Shown: in pieces, positions 9,206-19,165 of the stretch | How positions within the stretch are numbered: position 1 is the stretch's first letter | Layout: the number at the start of each line of letters is the position of its first letter | Origin: Acidobacteriota bacterium | GTDB taxonomy: Bacteria; Acidobacteriota; Thermoanaerobaculia; Multivoradales; UBA5704 | Length of the DNA stretch: 64,000 nt | NCBI GenBank assembly: GCA_040005235.1 | Contig: JBDTZG010000024.1 | Coordinates: 10,021-74,020, forward strand | Direction of reading: 5' to 3' | The notes under the pieces: generated by a model | What the model was told of the DNA's origin: nothing | The model's input: only the letters and a program-made list of their open reading frames with translations | Databases searched by the model: none | Position numbers and translations under genes: made by a program

Positions 9206-11038
9206 CTAAGGGACGACCGGAGGGGTCGTCGCCAGCGCCGAAAGCTCGGCAATCGAGCGAACGACCCCTCCGCGGACGACGTAACGCACCTGACGCAAAT
9301 TGCGGATCGCGGCGGTCGGGTCGGCGCCGACGATCAGCAGGTCGGCGAGCTTGCCCTTTTCGACCGTGCCGATTTCGGCGGAGCGCCCCAAGGCGCGGGC
9401 TCCCCCTCTTGTCGCGCTTATCAAAATGTCGCTTGGTGACATTCCCGCCGCCTGCATCGCTTCCATCTCTGCGTAAATCGACGGACCGTGGAGGGTGAGA
9501 GGGTTGCCCGCATCGGTGCCCATCGCGATCGTGATTCCGGCGGCGACCACTTTTTTCAAATTCTCCGCGCCGATCTTTTCCCGCGCGGCATTGCGCTCGC
9601 CGCGGACTTGGATCTGCTCGGCGGTGCGGCCCGCGGCGACCTTCGCCGTCTCCGCAACCCGGGCTCGGGTGACCGGATCGACACAGCCGTTCGGATCGTC
9701 GATCTCGGGTGCCTTGCCGCCAAGCGCCCCTTCGAACATCCGCTGGTAGCCGGCGCCCACGGTAAGCGTCGGGACGTAGACCACGTTCTTCTCCTTCGCG
9801 AGGAGAAGGAACTCGTCATCCACGGGCAGATCGGTCACGCTGTGGACGAGAACCGCCACTCCGAGGCGGAGCGACTCCTTTGCTTCTTTGAGACCGGTCG
9901 CATGAGCGATCAGGGGGAGCTTTTTCGCGGCGGCCTCTTCGGCCGCGGCACGGACCACCGCCGCCAGCTCTTCGAACGGGCGGCTGTCGTCGACGATGAA
10001 CCAAACCTTCACCGCGTGGCTCCCGCGCGCGGCGAGATAGCGCACCCCCTCGCGCGCGGCATCGGCGTCCTTCAAATAGATCATCTGCCGCTCGCCCGGC
10101 AGATTTAGCCAGTGGTCGATCGTGGTGAGCAGCGGTCCCGCGGCCCTCACCCGGGGGGCGAGCGTGTCGTCTTCCGTTTTGGCCGGCAGGCCGAGCGTCC
10201 AGGCGAAGCCGCCGACATCGAACACGGATGTCACGCCGGCGCAGAGCTGCGAGCGATAAAAGCGCTCCGGGTGGGCCGCGAGATCGGCGATCGTCTCGGC
10301 ATAGGTATGGCGATCGCGCACGTCGAGCGCATCGGGCCGGGCGTCCGCCCAGCCGGTCTGGGAAAAATGGACGTGGGCGTCGATCAATCCCGGCGTGAGC
10401 CACTGGCCTTTGAGGTCGAGCACGTCGACTCCAGAAGGCACCGGGCAGGCCGCGCGGGTCCCGGCGCAATCGATCTTCCCTTCGCGCAGGACGACCACCG
10501 AATCGGGAATCGGAGCCGCCCCGGTGCCGTCGATCAACGTCGCCCCGACCAGCGCCTTGGGGGCCGGCGGTACCCCGGGAAGTGCCTCGAACGCGGTCGA
10601 GACGCCGATCTTCCAGCCTTTCGGGGTCGCCAGGAAGAAGCGTTCGGAAATCCCCGACTGCTCGACCGCGCCATATCGCACTCTGTAGCGGTAGGTGCCG
10701 TAGACGAGGCCAGGCCGCACCGGAGTCAGGTGCATGTCCTCGGCTTCGATATGGTCGGGCCATCCGGTGCCCACGCCCTTGGCGAACTCAGCGAAACCGA
10801 CCGACATGCCGTCCGGCCCGGTGCGCGCGAAGCTCTCTTCCGGCAGATAGCAGGCCAGATAGGCGTCTTTGTCCTTCTTGCGGATCGCTTCGAGGTTCGC
10901 CTCGAACACCTTCTTTGCGCCCGCGAGATCGGCCGAAGAGCCGGCGGATGACTTTGCGGCGTTTGCAGGAATCGCGGGAAGCGCGAGGACTAAGCCCAAG
11001 ACGGCGAGCGAGACGCGACGACCTGCGGTGCGGTTCAT
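9206..11038 (-). CDS. amidohydrolase family protein with an N-terminal signal peptide and an extra N-terminal domain
   Basis: A metal-binding GLIDAHVHF motif, and C-terminal MGTDAGNP...HGPSIYAEMEAM typical of the amidohydrolase superfamily. Confidence 0.75.
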   Translation of the reverse strand: MNRTAGRRVSLAVLGLVLALPAIPANAAKSSAGSSADLAGAKKVFEANLEAIRKKDKDAYLACYLPEESFARTGPDGMSVGFAEFAKGVGTGWPDHIEAEDMHLTPVRPGLVYGTYRYRVRYGAVEQSGISERFFLATPKGWKIGVSTAFEALPGVPPAPKALVGATLIDGTGAAPIPDSVVVLREGKIDCAGTRAACPVPSGVDVLDLKGQWLTPGLIDAHVHFSQTGWADARPDALDVRDRHTYAETIADLAAHPERFYRSQLCAGVTSVFDVGGFAWTLGLPAKTEDDTLAPRVRAAGPLLTTIDHWLNLPGERQMIYLKDADAAREGVRYLAARGSHAVKVWFIVDDSRPFEELAAVVRAAAEEAAAKKLPLIAHATGLKEAKESLRLGVAVLVHSVTDLPVDDEFLLLAKEKNVVYVPTLTVGAGYQRMFEGALGGKAPEIDDPNGCVDPVTRARVAETAKVAAGRTAEQIQVRGERNAAREKIGAENLKKVVAAGITIAMGTDAGNPLTLHGPSIYAEMEAMQAAGMSPSDILISATRGGARALGRSAEIGTVEKGKLADLLIVGADPTAAIRNLRQVRYVVRGGVVRSIAELSALATTPPVVP

Positions 11039-11114
11039 GAGGCTCTCCCCAAAGTTTTGGGGGACTCTATCAACCGGCGGGGGTACCAGCGGGAGCGGCG
11101 ACCTTCGGAGGGGG

Positions 11115-11189
11115 TGGCTCCTCGGGAGGGATTTGAACCCCCAACATTTCGGTTAACAGCCGAACGCTCTACCATTGAGCTACCGAGGA
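11115..11189 (-). tRNA. tRNA-Asn (anticodon GTT)
   Basis: Reverse-complement reads TCCTCGGTAGCTCAATGGTAGAGCGTTCGGCTGTTAACCGAA...GGTTCAAATCCCTCCCGAGGAGCCA. A cloverleaf with a CTGTTAA anticodon loop and a 3' CCA. Confidence 0.9.
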
Positions 11190-11282
11190 ATATCGAAGCA
11201 ACTACGCGGTGCACCTGGGCGCGCCGGAGGGCGGATTCTAGGGGCGGTCGGAAGGGTTGTCAATTCTGGGGCGGACGAAACC

Positions 11283-12101
11283 CTACTCGATCAGCCCTTC
11301 GAGCGGAGAGGAGGCGTTCGCGTAGAGCTTCTTGGGGATTCGGCCGGCGTTGGCGGCGAGCCAGCCGGCTTCGACGCCGAGTTTCATCGCGAGCGCCATC
11401 CGGACCGGGTCTTGCGCTTCGGCGACCGCCGTGTTCATCAGGACGCCGTCCGCCCCCAACTCCATCGCTAGTGCCGCGTCGCTTGCGGTCCCCACTCCCG
11501 CATCGACGATCACCGGAACGTTCGCCTGCTCGACGATGATCTTCAGGTTCGCCCGGTTACGGATGCCCATCCCGGAGCCGATCGGCGCGCCGAGTGGCAT
11601 AACGGCCGCGGCGCCCAGCTCTTCCAGACGACGGCAGACGACCGGATCGTCGTTGGTGTAGGGCAAAACGATGAACCCTTCCGCGACCAGAATCTCGGTC
11701 GCCTTGAGCAGCTCGACGGTGTCCGGAAAGAGCGTCTTCTTGTCGCCGATTACTTCGAGCTTCACCCAGTTCCAGCCACCTAGCTCGCGCGCCAGGCGCG
11801 CCGTGCGCACCGCCTCATCGGCCGTGTAGCAGCCGGCGGTGTTGGGCAGCAAGAGATAGCGCTCCGGATCGATGTAGTCGATCAGCGAGCCTTTGCCCAG
11901 GGCATCCAAGTTCACGCGGCGAAGCGCCACGGTGACCACCTCGGTGCCCGAGGCGTCGAGCGCTGCCACCATCGAAGGGAAGCTCGGGTATTTCCCGGTG
12001 CCGAGGATCAGGCGGGAGCGGAAGGTCCGGTCGGCGATCGTGAGCGGCGCGACTTCCGAGGTTGAGGCAGGGGGCGAGATCATCGTTTCCGTGGCTTCCA
12101 T
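11283..12101 (-). CDS. thiG: thiazole synthase ThiG
   Basis: [17 protein letters not shown] and [18 protein letters not shown] motifs are characteristic of ThiG. Confidence 0.9.
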   Translation of the reverse strand: MEATETMISPPASTSEVAPLTIADRTFRSRLILGTGKYPSFPSMVAALDASGTEVVTVALRRVNLDALGKGSLIDYIDPERYLLLPNTAGCYTADEAVRTARLARELGGWNWVKLEVIGDKKTLFPDTVELLKATEILVAEGFIVLPYTNDDPVVCRRLEELGAAAVMPLGAPIGSGMGIRNRANLKIIVEQANVPVIVDAGVGTASDAALAMELGADGVLMNTAVAEAQDPVRMALAMKLGVEAGWLAANAGRIPKKLYANASSPLEGLIE

Positions 12102-12136
12102 AGAGCGATTCTAGTCGGAGAGGGAGCAGGCAAAAC

Positions 12137-12640
12137 TTAGTGGGGCCCGCATGCGCGCGGCTCGACCGTAGACACGAATCTCACCGGCTTGTCGGAGCGC
12201 GCCAGGGCGACTACGTGGTGCGGCCGTTCAGCGACGATGCAGGTGCATTGGCCGCTCGCCGGCTGTTCGAGCAGATCGACCACCAGCTCGGCCGCGCGCT
12301 CTTCGACCCCGCGCACCGTGATGCCCGAAACGCAGCTTTGAGTGGGAAGTGCCACGGCGATCACCATCTTCCGGGCGAAATCGATCTGCGGCAGTTCTTC
12401 GCCCGGGCCGCTCCCCTTTTTCAGGCTGTCCCAGCCGGCGCGGAAGGCTGTCGCGTCGCGATAGACCTCTCGCATCTGCTCGCCGGCTTGGCCCGGCATC
12501 GAGCGCTGGTCGAGCGTTTCGAGGGCGATCGGGTCGGTGGCCGGGGCGGCTGAGCCAGGTTGCGGCCCGGCCGCGCAGGCTAGCGCGGCGAGGCCGAGAG
12601 CCAGGAGTCCGGTAGCTTTAGACATCGCAGACCTCCTCAA
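12137..12640 (-). CDS. secreted hypothetical protein
   Basis: Signal peptide [20 protein letters not shown]; 4-nt overlap with the panD stop. Confidence 0.5.
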   Translation of the reverse strand: MRRSAMSKATGLLALGLAALACAAGPQPGSAAPATDPIALETLDQRSMPGQAGEQMREVYRDATAFRAGWDSLKKGSGPGEELPQIDFARKMVIAVALPTQSCVSGITVRGVEERAAELVVDLLEQPASGQCTCIVAERPHHVVALARSDKPVRFVSTVEPRACGPH

Positions 12641-13038
12641 AACGCCGCCGCCAACACCTCGACCGGCTCGGCGGTTTCGATTCCCAACGCCGCGACGTTG
12701 CGGTTCTTCTCGTCGACGAAAACGAGCTTGGGATGATGATCGCGCAGCTCCTCGGCCTCGTACTCGGCAAACGTCGCGAGAATCACCAGATCTCCCGCCT
12801 TCGCCTTGTGCGCCGCCGCTCCATTCAGACAGATCTCCCCCCGGCCCCGTTTGCCGGGGATCGCGTAGGTCGCAAGGCGCTCGCCGTTGGTGACGTTGTA
12901 GATCTCGATCCGCTCATGCTCCAGGATGTCGGCCGCTTCGAGCAACAGCGGGTCGATCGTCACCGAACCCTGGTAATGGAGATTCGCTTCGGTCACCGTC
13001 GCCCGGTGGATCTTCGATTTGAGCATCGTGCGCTTCAT
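12637..13038 (-). CDS. panD: aspartate 1-decarboxylase PanD
   Basis: [25 protein letters not shown]...GAAAH is a near-canonical PanD sequence, 133 aa. The longer ORF to 14205 is an out-of-frame artefact. Confidence 0.9.
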   Translation of the reverse strand: MKRTMLKSKIHRATVTEANLHYQGSVTIDPLLLEAADILEHERIEIYNVTNGERLATYAIPGKRGRGEICLNGAAAHKAKAGDLVILATFAEYEAEELRDHHPKLVFVDEKNRNVAALGIETAEPVEVLAAAF

Positions 13039-13052
13039 GGTCCTAAAGCCCC

Positions 13053-13904
13053 CTAGCTCTCGATGGAGAGATGGAAGTTGTCGATCAATCGGGTGCCGCC
13101 CACGCGAACCGCGAGCGGCAGCACAATTTCTCCCGAGAGGGTCGCCGCCGGACGAAACGTCTCGGCATCGACCGCCTCGGCATACTCCAAAATCACGAGC
13201 GGTTCGCTCGCGAGCCCTGCGCGAAGAATCCTCCGCACCTCGTCCCCGCTCCGCTCCCCCGCTTCGATCGCTTCCCGCGCCGCGACCAGCGAGCGATGGA
13301 GCACGGTCGCCGCGCTCCGCTCTTCGCCGTTGAGGAACACGTTGCGCGACGACATGGCGAGCCCGTCCGGCTCGCGCATCGTCTCGCCCGGAACGATCTC
13401 GACCGGAAAATGCAGGTCGCGGACCAGCTTGCAGATCACCGCCAGCTGTTGCGCGTCCTTCCGGCCGAACACCGCGAGATCGGGCCGCACCAGGTTGAAC
13501 AGCGCGGCCACGACTGTCGCGACGCCACGAAAATGGCCGGGCCGAAATTCCCCTTCGAGCCCTTCGGCCGGACCGCCGGGCTCGATGAAGACCGTGTGCC
13601 CTTCCGGGTAGATCGTCTGGACGTCGGGAAGGAACAACAGGTCGCAGCCTGCGGCCTCCAACATCTCGGCGTCGCGCTCGGGCTGGCGCGGATAGCTCGA
13701 CAGATCCTCGGCCCGGTTGAACTGGGTCGGATTGACGAACACCGAAGCGACCACCCGGTCCGAGCGTTCGCGCGCCGCGCGGACGAGCGACAGGTGTCCC
13801 TCGTGGAGCGCGCCCATGGTCGGCACGAACCCCACCGTCCGGCCCCGAACGGCCCAGAGCGCCAGCTCTTGGCGGAGCCCCGCCTTGTCGCGAATCTGCA
13901 GCAT
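13053..13904 (-). CDS. panC: pantoate--beta-alanine ligase PanC
   Basis: [21 protein letters not shown] and HFRGVATVV motifs. Confidence 0.9.
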   Translation of the reverse strand: MLQIRDKAGLRQELALWAVRGRTVGFVPTMGALHEGHLSLVRAARERSDRVVASVFVNPTQFNRAEDLSSYPRQPERDAEMLEAAGCDLLFLPDVQTIYPEGHTVFIEPGGPAEGLEGEFRPGHFRGVATVVAALFNLVRPDLAVFGRKDAQQLAVICKLVRDLHFPVEIVPGETMREPDGLAMSSRNVFLNGEERSAATVLHRSLVAAREAIEAGERSGDEVRRILRAGLASEPLVILEYAEAVDAETFRPAATLSGEIVLPLAVRVGGTRLIDNFHLSIES

Positions 13905-13913
13905 CGGTTCCCT

Positions 13914-14753
13914 TTAGCCGTAGATCTTGCGCAGCTCGGGTTTCGGTTCGAGCGCGCCGTAGGTCTCTTCCGCCGAGGGAAAGCTCCCCTCGCGCACGTC
14001 TTTGGCAAAGCGCTCGATCGCCTCGCGCGAAGCCACTCCCAACTCCGCGTAGCGCCGCACGAAACGGGGGGCGATCCGCTCTTCCAGGCCCAGCAGGTCG
14101 TGGTAGACCAGCACCTGACCGTCGCACGCGGCGCCCGCGCCGATGCCGATCGTCGGGATCGCCAGGCGTTCGGAGATCTCTTCCCCGAGATCGCTCGGCA
14201 CGCATTCGAGAACGAGGGAGAACGCGCCCGCCTCTTCCAATTCCAGCGCGGCATCGACCATTTCCCGCGCCGCGTCATGGCTGCGGCCTTGGACTTTGTA
14301 TCCGCCGAGGCGATGGACCGACTGAGGGGTGAGCCCGAGGTGCGCCATCACCGGCACCTCGGCGGAAACGAGCGCGCGGACCACTTCGGGCCGGCCGCCT
14401 TCGATCTTCACCGCCTGCGCGCCCGCTTCTTTGACGAACCGGATCGCCGAGGCGACCGCCTGGTCGGGACCCAGATGGAACGAGCCGTAGGGCATGTCGG
14501 CGACCAGCAGGGCGCGCTCGACCCCCCGGCGCACGGCGCGGGTGTGATGGATCATTTCGTCCAGGGTGACCGACAGCGTGTCCGGATGGCCGAGCACGAC
14601 CATCGCGAGCGAGTCGCCGACCAGGACGATGTCGGCCCCCGCGGCATCCGCCGTCTTGCCCTGGGGGAAGTCGTAAGCGGTGACCATGACCAGACGTTCG
14701 CCGCGGTTTGGGGCTTCGACGATCGAGGGAACCGTGATGCGCTTCGCAGCCAT
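13914..14753 (-). CDS. panB: 3-methyl-2-oxobutanoate hydroxymethyltransferase PanB
   Basis: [19 protein letters not shown] and VKIEGG motifs. Confidence 0.9.
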   Translation of the reverse strand: MAAKRITVPSIVEAPNRGERLVMVTAYDFPQGKTADAAGADIVLVGDSLAMVVLGHPDTLSVTLDEMIHHTRAVRRGVERALLVADMPYGSFHLGPDQAVASAIRFVKEAGAQAVKIEGGRPEVVRALVSAEVPVMAHLGLTPQSVHRLGGYKVQGRSHDAAREMVDAALELEEAGAFSLVLECVPSDLGEEISERLAIPTIGIGAGAACDGQVLVYHDLLGLEERIAPRFVRRYAELGVASREAIERFAKDVREGSFPSAEETYGALEPKPELRKIYG

Positions 14754-15137
14754 TCGTTCGCGCTCCGATTTCTCGCCCGGGGTCTACCTCAAGAGGAGCC
14801 CCGAAAAGCGAAAAGCCCTTCACGCCAGGGAGGCGGAAGGGCCGGTAAGCGCACGTTACCCGTTGAATCGAGGGTTTGCGCGTCGATCGTCGGTTGGATC
14901 GAGGTGTCGTCCTCCGGCTTGATCCTGATCCGGAACTTCTCGGTACGACCCTCTCGCCGCGACCGTCACACCCTCGTCGGGGCGCTTTCGGTTCTTTCCG
15001 TCTCGGTCCCGGCGGCCGGCCCTCTCACAATTGGGGGGCTCAAGGCCGCTCGCAGGATCCCAGCGGTTTGTCGGACCCCTTGCGGGCTCCGACGGCGCGG
15101 ATGATATGCGCCTTGGTCGTCCAGATCAAATCGCCCT

Positions 15138-15221
15138 GGCCTGAGTCTCATTTTGTCCCGCAGCGACTGGCCGCTGCCGAAGGCGCCCGAAGGAGCGAGG
15201 AGGCAAAATGAGACTCAGGCC
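15138..15221. repeat. 84-bp element with perfect 18-bp terminal inverted repeats (GGCCTGAGTCTCATTTTG ... CAAAATGAGACTCAGGCC) abutting the dNK stop codon
   Basis: Arms at 15138-15155 and 15204-15221; the 48-nt spacer has its own small palindrome; no U-tract. Confidence 0.7.
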
Positions 15222-15872
15222 CTAGCGCGAGCCCATCGGCACGAAGTACTCCGTCCCCTTGATCGGCCGGGAGAGGCGGTTGAGCAGCTCGCCGAAGTCC
15301 TCCGGCCGGTCGGGGAAGTTCAGGTGCCGCGTGTCGACCACCAGGAGCGGAGAGGCCTCGTAGTAGTGGTAGTAGTGGTTATAGGCGTCAATCAGCTCGG
15401 CTTCGTAATCGCGCGCCAGAGTCTTCTCGACCGCTCGTGCCCGCTTCTTGATCCGATCCATGCAGGTGTCAACGTCGGCCACCAGGTAGAGGATCAGATC
15501 GGGCTTCGGGATCTGCGGTTCGAGCAGGGCGTAGAGCTTGTCGAACAGCATCAGCTCGTCGTCCGAAAGGTTCAGGTAGGCGAAGATCCGGTTCTTCTGG
15601 AAGGTGTAGTCCGAAACCACCATCCGTTCGAACAGCTCGCGCTGGGCGATCCCCTGCTGCTGCTTGAACCGCGAGAGCAGGAAGTAAAGCTCGGTCTGAA
15701 ACGCCGCGCCCGGTCGATCCTGGTAAAAATCGCCGAGGAAGGGATTGTTCACGTCTTCGAGGACTTTGACCCCCTCGAAGTGGCGCGTGAGCAACTCGAC
15801 CAGAGTGGTTTTCCCCACCCCGATCGGTCCGTCGACCGCGATGTAGTGGTACGGAAGGCTCGGTCCGCTCAA
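15222..15872 (-). CDS. deoxynucleoside kinase family protein
   Basis: A P-loop AVDGPIGVGKTT and dNK-type architecture; 216 aa. Confidence 0.75.
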   Translation of the reverse strand: MSGPSLPYHYIAVDGPIGVGKTTLVELLTRHFEGVKVLEDVNNPFLGDFYQDRPGAAFQTELYFLLSRFKQQQGIAQRELFERMVVSDYTFQKNRIFAYLNLSDDELMLFDKLYALLEPQIPKPDLILYLVADVDTCMDRIKKRARAVEKTLARDYEAELIDAYNHYYHYYEASPLLVVDTRHLNFPDRPEDFGELLNRLSRPIKGTEYFVPMGSR

Positions 15873-15879
15873 GGCTTTT

Positions 15880-17079
15880 TTAGGCGCCGCTCGCGAGCGC
15901 CGCGGAAGCCGCCAACTCAGCGGCGTTTGGGGCCGGCGGAATCGGCGGCAGAGGGGCCGAAGTAGCCGAAGCGGCGATCGGGTTGTACAGCGTGTCGCGC
16001 TCGATCGGCTCGAATCCCGCCAGGCGGACGATCCGTTCGAGCTCGGCGCGGGTCATCTGCTGCGGAGTGCCGGCCCCGGCCATGTGGTAGATCGTTTCCT
16101 CGACCACCGTGCCGTCGAGGTCGTCGGCCCCAAAGCGCAGCGCCACCTGGGCGAGCTTCGGCGAGATCATGATCCAGTAGGCCTTGATGTGCGGGATGTT
16201 GTCGAGCACCAGGCGCGACGTCGCGATGTGGCGCAGGTCGTCGGTTCCGGTCGTGTGGTACTTCAACCCCATGTAGTTGTTCTCGGGGTGATAGGCGAGC
16301 GGGATGAACGCGTTGAAGCCGCCCGACTCGTCCTGCAGCGCGCGCAGACGCATCAGGTGGTCGACTTTGTGGATCGGCTTTTCGACGTGGCCGTAGAGCA
16401 TGGTGCAGTTGCTCTTGATCCCCATCCGGTGGGCGATGCGGTGAACCTCGATCCACTCGTCCGCGTCGAGCTTGCCGTCGCAGATGATCTCGCGCACTTC
16501 GGAATGGAAGATCTCTGCACCGCCGCCCGGCAGCGATCCGAGCCCCGCGTCGCGCATTTGGCGCAAGACCTCCTCGATCGACAGCTTCTCGCGCTTGGCG
16601 AACCAGCCGATCTCGATCGCGGTGAATGCCTTCAAGTGCGCATTCGGGAAACGCTCGCGCAGGCCCCGGAGCATTTCGAGATACCACTCGAGCGACAGGT
16701 CAGGGTGCAGACCGCCGACGATATGGAACTCGGTCGCCCGCTGCCCGCCCTGCTCCGCGGCATGTTTGTAGACGTCCTCGTGCGACATCTCCCAAGCGTG
16801 GGCCTCGCCCTTGAGCGCCGCGAAGCTGCAAAACTTACAGTTGTAGGTATAGACGCAGACGTTCGTCGGGTTGATGTGCCGATTGACGTTGAAGTAGGTG
16901 ACGTTGCCGTGCATCCGCCGCCGCACCGAGTCGGCCAGACGGCCGAGCGCCACGACGTGGGGGGTGGAAAAACAGAGCAGGGCGTCTTCGTCGTCCAGCC
17001 GCACACCATCGCGCACCTTCTCGGCGAGCGGGCGGAGACTCGAAGGAAAACGTTCCGGCTGGATCTCGGGGTTCTGCAT
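15880..17079 (-). CDS. radical SAM enzyme of the futalosine-pathway MqnC/MqnE (or CofH) family
   Basis: A CxxxCxFC cluster motif (YTYNCKFCSFAA) and family-like length and C-terminal region. MqnC versus MqnE cannot be resolved by eye. Confidence 0.65.
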   Translation of the reverse strand: MQNPEIQPERFPSSLRPLAEKVRDGVRLDDEDALLCFSTPHVVALGRLADSVRRRMHGNVTYFNVNRHINPTNVCVYTYNCKFCSFAALKGEAHAWEMSHEDVYKHAAEQGGQRATEFHIVGGLHPDLSLEWYLEMLRGLRERFPNAHLKAFTAIEIGWFAKREKLSIEEVLRQMRDAGLGSLPGGGAEIFHSEVREIICDGKLDADEWIEVHRIAHRMGIKSNCTMLYGHVEKPIHKVDHLMRLRALQDESGGFNAFIPLAYHPENNYMGLKYHTTGTDDLRHIATSRLVLDNIPHIKAYWIMISPKLAQVALRFGADDLDGTVVEETIYHMAGAGTPQQMTRAELERIVRLAGFEPIERDTLYNPIAASATSAPLPPIPPAPNAAELAASAALASGA

Positions 17080-17596
17080 TTTTGACTTCCTTGGGGCTTC
17101 CTAGGGGTTCCCGGGGCGGCCCTCACGGGTTGTACCCGGCTGATAGCCGGGCAGTATAGCAGGGGGCCGCGACCCTTCGAGAGTGAAAACACCGCCGGGT
17201 TTACGCCACATTCCCGGCAGGGGTGCCTCCTCTCATCGGCACCTCTCATCCGAATTCCGAAACCCGCCGTAGAGACCCTCTGAACCCGACAGCTTCTCCC
17301 CTACTTGGAGGATTGAGAACATGATTCGACTTCGTCGTGTCTCTGGCCGAGACGGGGCCGACCTGGCGACTGCCTGAGCCGCCAACGTCAAAACCGGAGG
17401 TGCCGAATGGCAGGCGCTGATGGTCCGGACCGTGGGGGTTGAGCCCGGTTCCAATCGAAGGTGGGGGCTTGGCGGGGGATTTGGCGGTTTGGTAGGAAAG
17501 TGATTTGTAGCGCTCTTGGTTGCGAGGCTCTGTGTACACCCATTTCGGGCGCTCGGGGCCTCGCCTAAAAGCCGGCCCCTCTCGCTCATCGTGCCG

Positions 17597-17611
17597 TAAG
17601 ATGCTATCTTA
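17597..17611. promoter_or_regulatory. perfect inverted repeat TAAGAT-GCT-ATCTTA immediately upstream of vapB; candidate autoregulatory operator
   Basis: Palindrome ends 5 nt before the vapB ATG. Confidence 0.5.
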
Positions 17612-17616
17612 CCCTC

Positions 17617-17844
17617 ATGAAGACCGCAGTCTCCACCAAGGGACAGATCGTCCTACCTGCAGAGATCCGTCGGCTGGACCGCATCGAGGCCGGGGACGAG
17701 TTTGAAGTCGAGCGGATCGACCGGGGGGAGTACCGGCTTCGGCTGGTTCCCTCTCGGAATGAGGGTCTCTTAGACTGGCTGCTCGCCTGTCCGGAAAAGG
17801 GGTTCTTCGTACCCATTGAGTCCGAGTCCACGGACACGTTGTGA
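17617..17844 (+). CDS. vapB: AbrB/MazE/SpoVT-type antitoxin (VapB-like)
   Basis: MKTAVSTKGQIVLPAEIRR is a swapped-hairpin SpoVT/AbrB motif; 4-nt overlap with the downstream PIN gene. Confidence 0.8.
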   Translation: MKTAVSTKGQIVLPAEIRRLDRIEAGDEFEVERIDRGEYRLRLVPSRNEGLLDWLLACPEKGFFVPIESESTDTL

Positions 17845-18254
17845 CCATCCTGGTCGACGCCAATGTCCTGAGCGAAGCCACCCGACCGGAACCTGACCCG
17901 TCGGTCCTGGAGTGGCTGGCCGAGCATGAACGGGAGATCGTCGTCGATCCGGTCATCCTCGGCGAGATCCATTTTGGGATCCTCGTGCTCCCCAGCGGCA
18001 AGCGACGCCAGCGCCTGGAGCGTTGGTTCGAAGAAGGGATCCGGCGAATCCACTGCGTCGCCTGGGAGTCGAGCACAGGTCTTCGCTGGGCTCAGCTGCT
18101 CGCCGATTTGCGGCGGCGAGGCAGATCCATGCCGATCAAAGACAGTTTGATCGCGGCGACGGCTTTCGCTCACAACCTTCCGCTGGCGACACGCAACCGA
18201 AGTGACTTCGAGCAAACCGGGATCCAGATCATCAATCCCTTCGCCCTCGCCTAA
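17841..18254 (+). CDS. vapC: PIN-domain toxin VapC
   Basis: ILVDANVL...D...E...D acidic residues in PIN arrangement; 137 aa; coupled to vapB. Confidence 0.8.
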   Translation: MTILVDANVLSEATRPEPDPSVLEWLAEHEREIVVDPVILGEIHFGILVLPSGKRRQRLERWFEEGIRRIHCVAWESSTGLRWAQLLADLRRRGRSMPIKDSLIAATAFAHNLPLATRNRSDFEQTGIQIINPFALA

Positions 18255-19165
18255 TCCTCCTCGTACTTAATCTCCATACCCCGCGCCCGCCAAGCCGAGA
18301 GCGCGACCAGCAGGCCGGCGAAGATCAGCAGGCCGATTACGGCGACCGGTTTGCTTGGGGCGTCGGAGAGCAAGGCCAATGGACCGTCCGAGACGGGGAC
18401 GGGCATCAGCGATTGCAGGTAGTGGATCACGCTCGCTTTTTTGAGCAGGGGCGGGAGGAGGAAGTGGATTCCTTCCCAGCCGAAAATCAGGAGGGCGGGG
18501 ATGGCAGGACTGCGGAAGAAGAAGCCTAACGTGAGGAAGATGGCTCCGTAGCCGACGCAGGCGAGCAGGGTGGTCGCGACGTAGGCGAACAGGTGGCTTA
18601 AGCCGGGGCCTTGGAGGAGGAAGCGCGAGCTGCCGGGAATGGGTACGAAGGTCAGGAGGAACGACGCGGCGGTCGAGAGGCCGAAGAGGAAGCCGGCGAC
18701 GATGAGGCCGGTCAGGTATTTGCCGAGCACCAGAACCTCGCGGCGGATCGGTGCGAGGAAGTAGTAGTGCAGCGTGCGGTCGAGGACCTCACGGCGGATC
18801 AAGTTGCCGAAGATTCCGACGCAGCCGAGGAAAACGATGACGCGGAGCAGGAACGCCTGATAGATGCCGCCCGCAAAAATCGCCTGGGCTTGGGCAAGGT
18901 CGAACAGCTCGCGGATCGAGTCGCCGTGGGTGAAGAAGAGGCGGAGCGAGAGGACCGCGGGGGGAGCGAGCGCGAGCAGCCAGAGGCCGATGGCGCGCTT
19001 GCCGAAGAAGCCCTTTTTCAGCTCCATGCGAATGATCGCTGCGAGCTGCCGGCGGCGTAGGGCCGCGCTGCCCGGGGCGGGTTCACCGACCGCAATAGGG
19101 GTCGCCGGGGACGCCTGGCTCGCCGGGGTAGTCGCCGGGTTTGGGTTCGAAATCGCGGCGCTCAT
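18251..19165 (-). CDS. ABC-2 type transporter permease
   Basis: Six predicted TM helices; start overlaps the stop of the upstream ATPase (TAATG). Confidence 0.65.
   Translation of the reverse strand: MSAAISNPNPATTPASQASPATPIAVGEPAPGSAALRRRQLAAIIRMELKKGFFGKRAIGLWLLALAPPAVLSLRLFFTHGDSIRELFDLAQAQAIFAGGIYQAFLLRVIVFLGCVGIFGNLIRREVLDRTLHYYFLAPIRREVLVLGKYLTGLIVAGFLFGLSTAASFLLTFVPIPGSSRFLLQGPGLSHLFAYVATTLLACVGYGAIFLTLGFFFRSPAIPALLIFGWEGIHFLLPPLLKKASVIHYLQSLMPVPVSDGPLALLSDAPSKPVAVIGLLIFAGLLVALSAWRARGMEIKYEED

Noticed and set aside
12637-14205. 522-aa ORF
   Set aside because: Only the last 133 codons are PanD. The rest is an Arg/Gly-rich alternate-frame read-through across panC and panB.
13071-15104. 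677-aa ORF on the plus strand
   Set aside because: It lies antisense across the well-supported panB, panC and panD genes. Long spurious ORFs are expected at about 68 percent GC, and it has no recognisable motifs.
16084-17085. 333-aa plus-strand ORF
   Set aside because: Antisense to the radical SAM gene, which has clear CxxxCxFC and family motifs.
17280-17520. Possible tmRNA, 6S or RNase P RNA in the long intergenic region
   Set aside because: I looked for tRNA-like T-arm/CCA ends and conserved RNase P and tmRNA motifs on both strands and found none. This cannot be excluded without a covariance-model search.
17233-17589. ORFs of 97 and 118 aa on the minus strand in the mqnC-vapB intergenic region
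   Set aside because: They overlap each other with no RBS and skewed composition. More likely this is a non-coding leader or regulatory region.
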